Shown here one piece after another: positions 40,139 through 50,849 of a stretch of 64,000 nucleotides of DNA (positions are counted from its first letter, which is position 1; each line of letters starts with the position of its first letter). The stretch is from an uncultured delta proteobacterium (GTDB lineage Bacteria; Desulfobacterota; Desulfobacteria; Desulfobacterales; UBA2156). The stretch covers positions 448,001 to 512,000 of the forward strand of contig CAVTQK010000015.1 of assembly GCA_963736855.1 (NCBI GenBank), read 5' to 3'. The position numbers and the translations under genes are program-made. The notes beneath the pieces are model-generated. The model searched no databases and was not told the origin of the DNA. It saw only the letters and a list, made by a program, of their open reading frames with translations.

Positions 40139-40705
40139 TTAGGGCAGGGCCTCCAGGATGGACTTGGACATGTATTCGGCGGTGTCGGCCAAGGCATCGA
40201 TAGGGGCGAAGGAGAGGGCATTATTGGAAAAAAGGCATGTGGCCGAGGCCGGGAAATCCTCATCGGCACGGTAGAAGATGTAGCACAAGGCAATTTTGGG
40301 GAAAGGTTGCACGACAAATGAGAAATCACCTCCGACGCTGGGAGGACCGGGGGATCCGCTGAGGCGTCTCAGGAAGGATTCCCGGGTCATTCGGATAGCC
40401 TCCACATGCGGGACCAATACCTGCTGAGTCCGGGCAGCAAAGGCGGCCACATAGGGTGCACTGTTGGGAAGGTCTTTGAATGCTTTGAAGGGTTCTAGGA
40501 TCATTTCTTCACTTCCGGCATGGAGGGCATAAAGGGAAATGAGAATTCCCAAGACCCCCTCTTCCTTTTTTCCTTTGAGAAATATGCCTTCCGGATGGAT
40601 GACGCAATTCATCCCAAGAGTCTGAAATTCAAGACTTTTTATTTTAGGATTCTTAAAAAGCATCCTGATGTTTTCTTGTACGATCTTCGAGTAATTGCCG
40701 GTCAT
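40139..40705 (-). CDS. DUF3786 domain protein
   Basis: AFKDLPNSAPY, GGDFSFVVQPFPKI, ADEDFPASATCLF. Confidence 0.8.
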   Translation of the reverse strand: MTGNYSKIVQENIRMLFKNPKIKSLEFQTLGMNCVIHPEGIFLKGKKEEGVLGILISLYALHAGSEEMILEPFKAFKDLPNSAPYVAAFAARTQQVLVPHVEAIRMTRESFLRRLSGSPGPPSVGGDFSFVVQPFPKIALCYIFYRADEDFPASATCLFSNNALSFAPIDALADTAEYMSKSILEALP

Positions 40706-40716
40706 CAGGAATCCTT

Positions 40717-41268
40717 TTAAGTACCGAGAAACCTCTTGACTCGGGTCATGAAGTCACGTTCCCCGATCCTCGACAAAGTCTCTTGGATGGATTCAAGACA
40801 CCCACGGAGCACCGCGGTCTTGGGTTTTGGGGAAGTCAGCTGGGCATCGATGCTTTTAATATCGGCCATTAACTCGCTTAACCCTTCGAAATTAAGACCA
40901 AAGTCTGGAATGTGGCTTTTAAGGGTGCATAGAAGAATGTCCAGCGCCTTGAGGATCGGTTCATCCGGAATTCCTTTGTCACCGAGGACGAAGGCGCCCG
41001 AGACCAGGTGATCGCCAGGGCCCTGAAACGATTGGGCGGCATCAATGCCGTCGGAGGTGATGCCGATGGCGCCGGAAAGGGTCCGAATTTCCACCAGACC
41101 CAATCCAATGAGCGTTTCGGCCGCATGCTTGGCGGCGGGACGATCCAGGTTCAGTTGTTCACCGACTTCATACATGGAGACTTTGGCGTCTGGATCCCCA
41201 CTGGTTTGAATGACAAGCTGTTCCAGGAACCGGCGTTCGGATTCCTGAAGATCATCGAATAGGGTCAT
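40717..41268 (-). CDS. Hypothetical protein (N-terminal winged-helix-like)
   Basis: Clean ORF in line with the DUF3786 gene; SMYEVGEQLNLDR...GLVEIRTLSG. Confidence 0.65.
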   Translation of the reverse strand: MTLFDDLQESERRFLEQLVIQTSGDPDAKVSMYEVGEQLNLDRPAAKHAAETLIGLGLVEIRTLSGAIGITSDGIDAAQSFQGPGDHLVSGAFVLGDKGIPDEPILKALDILLCTLKSHIPDFGLNFEGLSELMADIKSIDAQLTSPKPKTAVLRGCLESIQETLSRIGERDFMTRVKRFLGT

Positions 41269-41575
41269 CCTCTATTATCCTTTCATTTTCAAGCTCAAGG
41301 CCCAACCCATTGAATCTGGACCGGATGTGATTGGGCTTTTATATGTTATGTTTTCACCAATCTAAGCCAGGTATGATCGATTTGCAAGGCGTTTGAAGAT
41401 TGAAAACCCGGTTATAAAATCGTCCGACAGGTGCACCGGCAAAGCCCCTTGGATATAGTTCATGATTGACATTCCGACACAATAAAAGGTAAAAGAATAG
41501 ATATAAAAAAGATCGTTTTTCCCCCTGAAACAGAACGAACGGGAGACGATTTCGATATCGACGGGAGGAAGATTC

Positions 41576-42862
41576 ATGCGAGACGTGGTTATTGTCAGCG
41601 GATGCCGGACGGCCATCGGCGCTTTTGGCGGAAGTTTGAAGGAGGTATCTGCAGTGGAGCTGGGCGCCTTGGTGATCCGTGATGTTTTGAAGCGGGCAGG
41701 GCTCAAACCGGTTGCCGACAGCCGGGTATTGGATCTGGCACCCCGGAAACTGAAACAAGAGGCGCTAACCGAGATGGAAAAGAAATATGGCGGATGGGAC
41801 GAGGGTTTGAGGCCCGTGGTCGTGGACGAGGTCATCATGGGCAACGTCCTCCAGGCCGGGATGGGGCAAAATCCAGCCCGGCAAGCCATGATTCATGCAG
41901 GCCTTCCGAAAGAAATTCCGGCGGTTACCATAAATAAGGTTTGCGGCAGCGGCCTCAAATCCATCGCATTGGGGGCCTCGGCCATCCTGACCGGGCAGGC
42001 CGATGTGGTGGTCTCCGGGGGTCAGGAGAATATGAGTGCGGTTCCTATGGCGCTTCCCAAAGCACGATGGGGGCATCGTATGGAGTTGACCGGTGTCGGG
42101 GAGATCCTCGACCTGATGGTTTTCGACGGCCTTTATGAAATTTTTTACGGCTATCACATGGGAATGACGGCAGAGAATATTGCCAGAACCTACGGCATCA
42201 GCAGAACCGAGCAGGATGAGCTGGGGGTACTCAGCCATCGCAGGGCCATCCAGGCGATCAAAGGAGGTCTTTTCGCCCAAGAGATTGTTCCTGTGGTCGT
42301 TAAAGACCGGAAAAAAGATATTGTTTTTGATACTGATGAGCGACCTATGGAGACGGATATGGAAAAGATGGCCAAACTTCGGCCGGCTTTTTCCAAAGAC
42401 GGCACGGTAACTGCCGGTAACGCTTCCGGGATCAACGATGCCGCGGCAGCCGTACTGCTGATGAGCGGCGAGCGGGCCAGGGAACTCGAACTGGAACCTG
42501 TGGTCCGAATCAAGTCCTTTGCCTCAGGAGGAGTGGATCCGGCTTACATGGGACTCGGTCCGGTTCCTGCCGTAAAAAAAGCCTTGAAGGCTGCCGATAT
42601 GGCCATTTCCGACTTGGATCTGATCGAGCTCAATGAAGCCTTTGCATCCCAAGCCATCGGGTGCATGCGGGAATTGGGGATTCAGACCGAAAAACCCAAT
42701 GAACTGGGAAGCGGTATTTCCCTGGGACACCCCATCGGCGCCACGGGTGCGAGGCAGATGGTCACCGGTATGAACCATATGATCCGCAAAGGGTACTCCA
42801 CCGGGCTGGTGACCATGTGTATCGGCGGTGGCATGGGGATGGCCATGGTCCTGGAGCGCTGA
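41576..42862 (+). CDS. Acetyl-CoA C-acetyltransferase (thiolase)
   Basis: INKVCGSG, NEAFA, GHPIGATG, CIGGGMG. Confidence 0.95.
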   Translation: MRDVVIVSGCRTAIGAFGGSLKEVSAVELGALVIRDVLKRAGLKPVADSRVLDLAPRKLKQEALTEMEKKYGGWDEGLRPVVVDEVIMGNVLQAGMGQNPARQAMIHAGLPKEIPAVTINKVCGSGLKSIALGASAILTGQADVVVSGGQENMSAVPMALPKARWGHRMELTGVGEILDLMVFDGLYEIFYGYHMGMTAENIARTYGISRTEQDELGVLSHRRAIQAIKGGLFAQEIVPVVVKDRKKDIVFDTDERPMETDMEKMAKLRPAFSKDGTVTAGNASGINDAAAAVLLMSGERARELELEPVVRIKSFASGGVDPAYMGLGPVPAVKKALKAADMAISDLDLIELNEAFASQAIGCMRELGIQTEKPNELGSGISLGHPIGATGARQMVTGMNHMIRKGYSTGLVTMCIGGGMGMAMVLER

Positions 42863-43089
42863 GATCCAATCGTATAATGGGATCGACTTTTTCTTTGCTA
42901 TGCGGTTTGAAATTTGATAAAAAGGATAATGCGGATAACGGCGGCTTCTCAAATAGACTGCTCGCCTCTCGGGGGGATTGTACGGTATCTAACCTGAGGG
43001 CGGCATATTTGTTAACTACACCTCATCATTAGGGATTTTCGTGTATTATCCCGTGAAACGCGGGAGAGTTTTTGTTTTCGCCGTCGATC

Positions 43090-43115
43090 TTGATGAGTTT
43101 TTACGGGTTCATCAG
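43090..43115. repeat. Collapsed remnant of the TTGATG...CATCA element family
   Basis: ttgatg joined to agtttttacgggttcatcag. Confidence 0.4.
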
Positions 43116-43227
43116 GCTTAAACGCATTGAATAGAAAGGGACGCTGAGGCCCTTTGTTAATTACCCCATCAGTGGAGTAAGTTCCGGGAAAGCAACTGCT
43201 TCCCTTAACAGCAGGAGGTTCAGGCAA

Positions 43228-43383
43228 ATGAATGTGAGCAGGAAGCTGGGCATCTTGGTTTTTTGTGCCGTTCCCGCCATTGTTGGCGGGGGCATCGTCT
43301 ATGCGCTGTTCAACAGCTATCCGACGGTGCTTGTGTATGAAATCCTTCTTCTGCTGACTGCCGGCGCATTCTTTAGTAGGTAG
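43228..43383 (+). CDS. Small 51-aa two-TM membrane protein
   Basis: RBS AGGAGG; MNVSRKLGILVFCAVPAIVGGGIVYALFNSYPTVLVYEILLLLTAGAFFSR; shorter than any ORF in the track. Confidence 0.7.
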   Translation: MNVSRKLGILVFCAVPAIVGGGIVYALFNSYPTVLVYEILLLLTAGAFFSR

Positions 43384-43651
43384 CGGTGACGCACGGCCGG
43401 TCGACCTTCAGCAAATTCCATCCTTGAGGCGATCCCACAATCTATCCAACCCCATGGCATGGAAGGGGCAAGTGGGATGGCAGTGATACCCATTTCCGCT
43501 TTCTGCAGACGGAGAGGTTCGGGAAGCCGGTAGTTGATGAAACCCCGAATCCTAGCACCCATGAACCCGGAAAGATGAAGATGGGGAATTGTCTCAACCC
43601 GCTGAAAGGATCCATATTCCCGATGCAACGACTTGGAAGGCAGGAAAATTG

Positions 43652-44728
43652 ATGGATCACCGGAGAAACAAGGACATAATCTTGTGGTTTTTTTTGGCGC
43701 TGTTTTTAGTTTCTATCTTCATGCTCGGCTGGCTGATCTGGCCTTTCATCTCCATCATCATTTTGGCGGCTGTCCTGACAGGGGTTTTCAACCCGGTTTA
43801 TGCCCTCTTCAAAAAGAAAATGAGGGCCTCCCTGGCTTCCGTTCTGATTTGTTTCATGGTGTTCGTTGTTATTTTTATTCCCATTGTCCTGTTTGTGGGG
43901 ATTCTGTCCAAGGAAGCCTATGACCTGTATACCATGGCAAAAAACGCGGTGCTCAAGGAAGAGATCCGCGCGCTTTTCGAGAAGAGCCGGATCTTGGAGC
44001 AGATCAATCTCCTGCTTGCCCGTTTTGATTATACGGTATCGGGCGAGGAACTCAATAAGGCCATATCCGAAATCGGAAAGTCCGTGGGCCTTTTTCTTTA
44101 CGAACAGGCAAGCGCCGTCGCCTCCAATATCTTCAGGTTTGTATTAAATTTCTTTCTCATGTTGCTCATCATGTATTTCCTCCTGGTAGACGGAGATCGG
44201 ATGATTTCTTTTATCGGCGACTTATCACCGCTACCCGCCGAACAGGACCAAAAGATCATCCAGAAATTTAAAGACGTGGCCGGGGCCATCCTCGTTATCA
44301 ACATCCTGAGCGGCATTGTCCAGGGATTCTTCGGCGGTATTATCTTTGCCCTTTTTGGACTCAAATCGCCCTTCCTGTGGGGATTGATCATGGCAATTGT
44401 GGCCTTTTTGCCCATTCTGGGGATCGGGCTTGTTTTCATCCCGACTTCCATCTATCTTTTTTTGAACGGTAGGATCCCCGCAGCCGTTTTTTTCATTATC
44501 GCGTATCTCATTTTATCGTTGGGGATAGAAAATGTCCTGAAACCCAAACTGGTGGGTCAAAGGGTGCAAATGCACATCCTTTTGGTTTTTCTTTCCATCA
44601 TGGGCGGGCTGAAGCTTTTCGGAATCTTAGGGATCATATACGGTCCCCTGGTCGTCACCGCATTTATTACGCTGACCGATATTTACCATACCAGCTACCA
44701 GCAACAGGTAGAAATTTCGGAAAAATAG
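43652..44728 (+). CDS. AI-2E family transporter
   Basis: YFLLVDG, ENVLKPKLVG, GGLKLFGILGIIYGP. Confidence 0.9.
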   Translation: MDHRRNKDIILWFFLALFLVSIFMLGWLIWPFISIIILAAVLTGVFNPVYALFKKKMRASLASVLICFMVFVVIFIPIVLFVGILSKEAYDLYTMAKNAVLKEEIRALFEKSRILEQINLLLARFDYTVSGEELNKAISEIGKSVGLFLYEQASAVASNIFRFVLNFFLMLLIMYFLLVDGDRMISFIGDLSPLPAEQDQKIIQKFKDVAGAILVINILSGIVQGFFGGIIFALFGLKSPFLWGLIMAIVAFLPILGIGLVFIPTSIYLFLNGRIPAAVFFIIAYLILSLGIENVLKPKLVGQRVQMHILLVFLSIMGGLKLFGILGIIYGPLVVTAFITLTDIYHTSYQQQVEISEK

Positions 44729-44918
44729 ACTGGCGATATTTCCCGGTCGGTCTCACATGGCCGTATTAGCCCTGCAGTTGCATAAAAACATGACAAGGAA
44801 TAGAAAAAAGAATGATAACAGGGCATTTGAGTTCGTTTAGGCATGGTTCGCGAATAAACTTTTAGTGACTTCTAAAACTAAAATTTGTCATGTTTTTTTA
44901 CCCGGAGGAAAATCGAAA

Positions 44919-44997
44919 ATGCCCCATCTCCTTCGTTGCCAAAGGCTTGCAGTAAAATACTACGGTTTCGCCCTTGGACGCCTTGGATCTATGGCAT
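44919..44997. repeat. REP-like hairpin related to the MITE core
   Basis: atgcc..ccatctccttcgttgcc...cgccttggatct..ggcat fold-back. Confidence 0.45.
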
Positions 44998-45051
44998 CCC
45001 CGGCTTTAGCATCAGCAGGGTTAATCTTCGGATGAAGAAAAGGTAATACCT

Positions 45052-47491
45052 ATGGATTTGCTTCAAAAAGAGAGGTCGCCTGAAGTCAGTATTGAGAGCG
45101 AGATGAAGAAATCGTATCTCGATTATGCCATGAGCGTGATTATCGGCAGGGCGCTGCCGGACGTTCGGGACGGGTTTAAGCCGGTGCATCGCCGGATCTT
45201 GTTTGCCATGAGCGAGCTGGGAAATGACTGGAACAAGCCGTATAAAAAATCCGCGCGGATCGTCGGAGATGTCATCGGCAAGTACCACCCTCACGGGGAT
45301 GTGGCGGTTTACGATACCATGGTCAGGATGGCGCAGAATTTTTCCATGCGCTATCCGCTCATCGATGGACAGGGGAATTTCGGTTCCATCGACGGGGATC
45401 CGCCTGCCGCCATGCGGTACACGGAGGTCCGAATGGCCCGCCTGTCTCACCAGATGCTGGCCGATTTGGAGAAAGAGACGGTGGATTTTGTTCCCAACTA
45501 CGACGAATCCCTGAAGGAACCCTCGGTGCTTCCCGCCGTCATACCCTCTCTTCTGGTCAACGGATCCTCCGGCATTGCCGTGGGGATGGCCACCAATATC
45601 CCGCCCCATAACCTGACGGAGGTCATCGATGCCCTTTGTGTCGTGATCGACAGGCCCGATACCGGCGCGGAGGAACTCCTGAAGATCATTCCGGGGCCGG
45701 ATTTTCCCACCGCCGCCATGATTTACGGGACCTCCGGAATTAAGGAAGCCTACCTGACCGGAAGAGGGATCATCCGGATGCGGGCCAGGGCCGTTGTTGA
45801 AAAAGATAAGCGGACCCAGAGCGAAACTATCGTCATCACCGAACTTCCCTATCAGATCAACAAATCCAGGCTCATCGAAAAGATCGCCCAGCTGATGAAG
45901 AGCAAGCATCTCGAAGGCATCCGCTATATCCGGGATGAATCGGATCGGGAAGGGATGCGGATCGCCATTGGGCTTAAAAAGGAACAGACCTCCGAGGTGG
46001 TGGTCAATCAGCTCTACAAACAAACCCAGATGGAAGCCAGCTTCGGGATCATTTTTCTGGCCATCGTCGATAATCAGCCGGTGCTGTTGACCTTAAAGGC
46101 GCTCCTGGAGCATTTCATTCGGCACCGTAAAACGGTGATTATCCGTCGCACTCGATATGATCTGGCAAAGGCGACAGAGAAGGCCCATATCCTCGAAGGG
46201 CTCAAGATTGCCCTTGGATAACCTGGACGCGGTGGTGATCCTCATCCGGAACTCCACGTCTCCCAAAGAGGCCAAGGATGGGCTCATGGAGCGCTTCTCA
46301 CTTTCGGCCATCCAGGCCCAGGCGATCTTAGATATGCGCCTCCAGCGGTTGACCGGACTCGAGAGGGAAAAAATCCTCCTGGACTATGAGGCGACGCTCA
46401 AAGACATCGCGCGGTTCAAGGAGATCCTGGGGAGCGAACGGATCGTCCTGGATATCATCAAAGAGGAACTTCTCAGGATTCGGGAAGAGTTCGGAGACGC
46501 CCGCCGGACCGAGATCGTGGAGGAAACCAGGGAGATCAGCATCGAAGACACGATTGTGGAAGAGGATATGGTGGTGACCGTCTCCAACACCGGTTACATC
46601 AAGAGAAACCCGGTTTCCCTTTACGCCAGTCAGCAGCGCGGCGGGAAAGGGAAGACCGCCATGGGCACCAAGGAAGAGGATTTCGTCTCCCTTCTGTTCG
46701 TGGCGTCCACACATCATACCTTCCTCTTTTTCACCAATCTGGGAAAGGCTTACTGGCTCAAGGTCTACGAAATCCCTCAGGCCGGTCGGATGAGCCGGGG
46801 AAAGGCCATCGTCAACCTTTTGAATCTGGGTAAAGAGGAAAGGTTGAGCACCATACTCTCGGTGCCTTCCTTCAAGGAAGGGGGCTATGTGATCATGGCC
46901 ACCGAAAAGGGAACGATCAAGAAGACCGATCTGATGGCCTTCAGCCGACCCCGTTCCGGCGGCATCATCGCCATGACTCTCGACGAAGGGGATGCCCTCA
47001 TTTCCGCGCGGATTACCGACGGCACTTATAATGTCTTTCTGGGATCGGCCAAGGGAAAATCGATCCGATTTCACGAATCGGATGTCCGGCCCACAGGCCG
47101 CAATTCCATGGGGGTGCGCGGCATGGGACTGGAACAAGACGATCGACTGGTGGGGATGGAGGTTCTCAGTCATGGGCAGACCCTCTTTACAGCCACGGAA
47201 AACGGATTCGGAAAACGGACTTCCATCGACGAGTATCCGGTCCACCGGCGCGGCGGAAAAGGGGTGATAACGATCAAGACCAGTACCAGAAACGGAAAGG
47301 TGGTCTCAATCCTCTTGGTGAGCGATTCGGATGAAGTCATGCTCATTACCAATACCGGGAGATTAATACGGACCCCTATCAACGGTGTTTCGGTTATCAG
47401 CCGTAATACTCAGGGGGTCAAATTGATGGGCATGGAGCTTAGCGAGCGGTTGACCGCAGCGGTTCGAATCTCCGAAGCCCTGGAGAAATAA
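45052..47491 (+). CDS. gyrA: DNA gyrase subunit A (apparent 1-nt insertion at 46211-46213)
   Basis: [21 protein letters not shown], GyrA-box [14 protein letters not shown] split between ORFs 45052-46221 and 46157-47491. Confidence 0.93.
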
Positions 47492-47506
47492 CCCGGAGAG
47501 AAAGCC

Positions 47507-48535
47507 ATGCATCTGCCGATTGTCGATATTCATGTGGGTGTTGTGGGGGGTGGAAGCTGGGGAACCGCCATCGCGAATCTTTTGGCACTCAAAGGGTTTC
47601 GGATCGATTGGTGGATCTACGAAGCTGAAGTGCGGGAACAGATACGGCAATTCCGGGAAAATCGGGTTTTCCTTCCCGGGGTCCTGTTGTCTCGGAATGC
47701 GTTGCCGACCCATGACTTGGGTCAGGCAATACAGGGAAAGGATGTGGTGATCGTCGTGGTGCCTTCCCATTTTCTCAGGGATGTGGCATGCCGGATGACG
47801 GATTTCGTTGAGGAAAAAACCCTTTTCGTTTCAGCTTCCAAGGGGATTGAAAATGAAACCCATTTCACCATGTCTGCCGTCCTGCAGGCATCCCTGAATC
47901 ATCTGCCGAAGGATCGTATCGCCGCCCTTTCGGGCCCCACGTTTGCAGTCGAGGTGGCGCGGCAGGTCCCTTCGGTAGCCACCGTTGCCTCCACGGATCC
48001 AAAAACAGCCTTTTTCGTGCAGCATGTTCTGGCCACCCCCTTTTTTCGAGTCTACACCTCCAATGACGTCATCGGGGTCGAGCTGTGCGGGGCATTGAAA
48101 AATGTCATCGCCATCGCAAGCGGCATCGTGGATGGATTGAATCTCGGATTGAATACCCGTGCGGCCCTGATTACCCGGGGGCTTGCCGAAATGAAACGAC
48201 TTGGACGCGCCCTCGGAGCGGATCCGGACACGTTCACCGGGCTTGCGGGGGTCGGGGATCTGATTCTGACCTGCACGGGAGATCTGAGCCGTAATCACAC
48301 CGTCGGGAAAAAGATCGGTGAGGGGATGAAACTTTCGGAGATCCTCACCGGGATGCGGATGGTTGCTGAAGGGGTAAAAACCGCGAATTCGGTCTATAGA
48401 CTTTCCGATAGACTGGGTGTGGAAATGCCCATTTGTGGTGAGGTGTATCGTATCCTCTATGAAGATGCATCGCCTTCCGAGGCGTTGCATCGCCTCATGA
48501 CCCGAGAACTCAAGCAGGAAAAGGATGAAGCGTAA
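47507..48535 (+). CDS. gpsA: NAD(P)H-dependent glycerol-3-phosphate dehydrogenase
   Basis: GGGSWGTA, SKGIE, GALKNVIAI, GDLILTC, SRN. Confidence 0.95.
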   Translation: MHLPIVDIHVGVVGGGSWGTAIANLLALKGFRIDWWIYEAEVREQIRQFRENRVFLPGVLLSRNALPTHDLGQAIQGKDVVIVVVPSHFLRDVACRMTDFVEEKTLFVSASKGIENETHFTMSAVLQASLNHLPKDRIAALSGPTFAVEVARQVPSVATVASTDPKTAFFVQHVLATPFFRVYTSNDVIGVELCGALKNVIAIASGIVDGLNLGLNTRAALITRGLAEMKRLGRALGADPDTFTGLAGVGDLILTCTGDLSRNHTVGKKIGEGMKLSEILTGMRMVAEGVKTANSVYRLSDRLGVEMPICGEVYRILYEDASPSEALHRLMTRELKQEKDEA

Positions 48536-49274
48536 TCGAGCTGAAAGCACGGATGACCCCGCTTCCATGGCGGAAGGGCATCGCGAAAGGCTGCGAGAAA
48601 AGTTTTTAAGATCCGGACTTTCCGGATTCCATGACTATGAAGTCATCGAACTGCTCTTGACGCTGGCAACGCCCCGAAGAGATTGCAAAGGTCCGGCCAA
48701 AGCCGCTTTGCAACATTTCAAAACCCTGCAAGGGGTGCTGGAAGCACATCCCGCTGAGCTTTCCGCAATTCCCGGAATCGGTCCGAAAAATCTTTTCGGG
48801 ATCAAACTCATCAAGGCGGTGGCGGACCGGTACCTATTAAAGGCGATTATCCATAAAGATCCCATTTCAAATTCCCGATCCCTTTTTGAATATCTCTATC
48901 ATACCCTTCGAGATAAGAGCCGGGAATCCTTTAAGGTCTTTTTTTTGGATGCAAAAAACCGGGTCATTTCGGCTGAGACCCTTTTCGAAGGAACATTGAC
49001 CGCAAGCCAGGTCTACCCGAGGGAAGTGGTCGCTTCGGCGTTGAATCAACGGGCGGCTGCGCTCATTTTTGCACACAATCATCCTTCCGGCGACCCGGCG
49101 CCATCGGCGGAGGACTTTGCCGTCACCCGACAACTCGTATTCGCCTGCCGGGTCATGGGGATCGCGGTTCATGATCACATCATCATTGGGGACAATCGCT
49201 ATTTCAGTTTTGCGGATGAGGGACATATTGAGAAGATGCGAAGGGAATATGAGCAACAGGTTTGTTCCCGTTAA
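48525..49274 (+). CDS. radC: RadC/UPF0758 JAB-domain protein
   Basis: GHRERLR, VYPREV, HNHPSGDPAPSAED, DHIIIG. Confidence 0.92.
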   Translation: MKRNRAESTDDPASMAEGHRERLREKFLRSGLSGFHDYEVIELLLTLATPRRDCKGPAKAALQHFKTLQGVLEAHPAELSAIPGIGPKNLFGIKLIKAVADRYLLKAIIHKDPISNSRSLFEYLYHTLRDKSRESFKVFFLDAKNRVISAETLFEGTLTASQVYPREVVASALNQRAAALIFAHNHPSGDPAPSAEDFAVTRQLVFACRVMGIAVHDHIIIGDNRYFSFADEGHIEKMRREYEQQVCSR

Positions 49275-49304
49275 CCGGGAAATGGTTCGGGAGAGAAGAA
49301 AGCC

Positions 49305-49595
49305 ATGACCGATCGCAAAGGCGCGCGACCCTTTTGCTTCGGTAAACTCGAATGCGTCTTTCCCATGGGATCCCAGGGCTTTCGGGAAACTCCCGAGTCC
49401 TGCTTTCCATGCATCTTCCGGGTTGAGTGTCTGAAGTCCGCCATGGATCAAGTGGAAGGCCTGACGGTTCGGGAAGAAACGGTGGACCGGGCTTATTCAT
49501 GCGGAGTGATCGGTTTCTGGGCGCGTTGGTCGAAGAAGAAATCTCTCCGGCAGGAGATGGAAAAGCGACATCGGGAGAAAAAGTCAAAATCATAA
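49305..49595 (+). CDS. Small Cys-rich hypothetical protein
   Basis: Fills the radC-pgk gap on the same strand; CFGKLECVFP...CFPC...ECL. Confidence 0.65.
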   Translation: MTDRKGARPFCFGKLECVFPMGSQGFRETPESCFPCIFRVECLKSAMDQVEGLTVREETVDRAYSCGVIGFWARWSKKKSLRQEMEKRHREKKSKS

Positions 49596-49612
49596 CAAAA
49601 AGGAGAAGCAAT

Positions 49613-50806
49613 ATGAAATCCATTGATCAGATCGATGTGAAGGGAAAGAGGGTCCTGGTCCGGGTGGATTTCAATGTGCCGCTTAACGAACAATCTCAAG
49701 TAAGGGATGATCTGCGAATCCGTGAAGTCCTCCCCACACTCCGGTATCTTATGGAAAAGAAAGCCAGGGTGATTCTGGCCTCTCATCTGGGAAGACCCAA
49801 GGGTAAAAAGGCCCCTGAATTTTCCCTGCGGCCCGTGGCAGTGCATTTAAGCAGAATTCTTGGCCAGGAAGTGCAAATGGCGCCGGACTGCATCGGTTAT
49901 GAGGTGGAAACACAAGTTGCCCGCCTCAAAACAGGGCAGGTCCTCCTCCTGGAGAACCTGAGGTTTCACGCCGAGGAGGAAAAGGATGACGATGCGTTTG
50001 CCGTGTCCCTTGCCGCCCTGTGCGATATTTATGTCAATGACGCCTTTGCGGTATCCCATCGGGCTAATGCTTCGGTTTCCGCCATCACCCGCCATGCGCC
50101 GGTGTCCGTAGCGGGCTTCCTCTTGAAACGAGAGATTACCTATGCCGATCAGGCTTTAAAGAACCCCAAACGGCCTTTTGTGGCGGTGGTGGGTGGGGCA
50201 AAGGTCTCCACCAAGCTCAAGGCCTTAGAAAATATTCTTGAACGGGTGGACAAGCTCATTATCGGCGGGGCGATGGCTAACACCTTCCTGGCGGCAAGCG
50301 GAAAAGATGTGGGACGGTCAAAGGTGGAAGCGGAAATGCTGACGGTGGCCGCCGATATCATTCGCCGATCCACCGAAAAAAGGATTCCTTTTTATTTGCC
50401 TGTCGATGCGGTTGTGGCTGATCAAGCGACCGCCGATGCGACGATCCGCATGGTTCCTGTCCAGGAGGTCCCGGCCGAGTGGATGATCCTGGACATCGGC
50501 CCGGCATCGCTCTCCCTGTACTCCCAGGCTCTTTATGATGCCAAGACCATCGTCTGGAACGGCCCCATGGGCGTTTTTGAACTGGATGCGTTCAGCAGAG
50601 GAACCCTCGGCATGGTGCATTGCCTGGCGGAATGCCATGCCCTGACTGTTGTCGGCGGGGGGGAAACCGGAGAGGCGGTTCAAAAAAGCGGTCTTGCCCA
50701 AAGGATTTCATACATTTCTACGGGAGGCGGGGCCTTTTTAGAGCTGATGGAGGGAAAGGAATTGCCGGGGATCGCTGCGCTTAATAGATCTGAAGGCAGG
50801 GTTTAG
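49613..50806 (+). CDS. pgk: Phosphoglycerate kinase
   Basis: RVDFNVPL, SHLGRP, LENLRF, GGAKV, STGGGA. Confidence 0.97.
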   Translation: MKSIDQIDVKGKRVLVRVDFNVPLNEQSQVRDDLRIREVLPTLRYLMEKKARVILASHLGRPKGKKAPEFSLRPVAVHLSRILGQEVQMAPDCIGYEVETQVARLKTGQVLLLENLRFHAEEEKDDDAFAVSLAALCDIYVNDAFAVSHRANASVSAITRHAPVSVAGFLLKREITYADQALKNPKRPFVAVVGGAKVSTKLKALENILERVDKLIIGGAMANTFLAASGKDVGRSKVEAEMLTVAADIIRRSTEKRIPFYLPVDAVVADQATADATIRMVPVQEVPAEWMILDIGPASLSLYSQALYDAKTIVWNGPMGVFELDAFSRGTLGMVHCLAECHALTVVGGGETGEAVQKSGLAQRISYISTGGGAFLELMEGKELPGIAALNRSEGRV

Positions 50807-50849
50807 GAATTCCATCGCCAACTGAAACCGGAGCGGGGGAAGAAGCGCT

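Noticed and set aside
43120..43215. c-di-GMP-I riboswitch (gaaagggacgc)
   Set aside because: The GGCAAA and P2 elements are not found.
44989..46023. Long antisense ORFs (here, 27914-28858, 46328-47245, 17846-18637 and others)
   Set aside because: Shadow frames opposite well-supported genes.
46205..46221. Split or pseudogenised gyrA
   Set aside because: Removing one C restores KIALDNL; no other decay; likely an assembly error.
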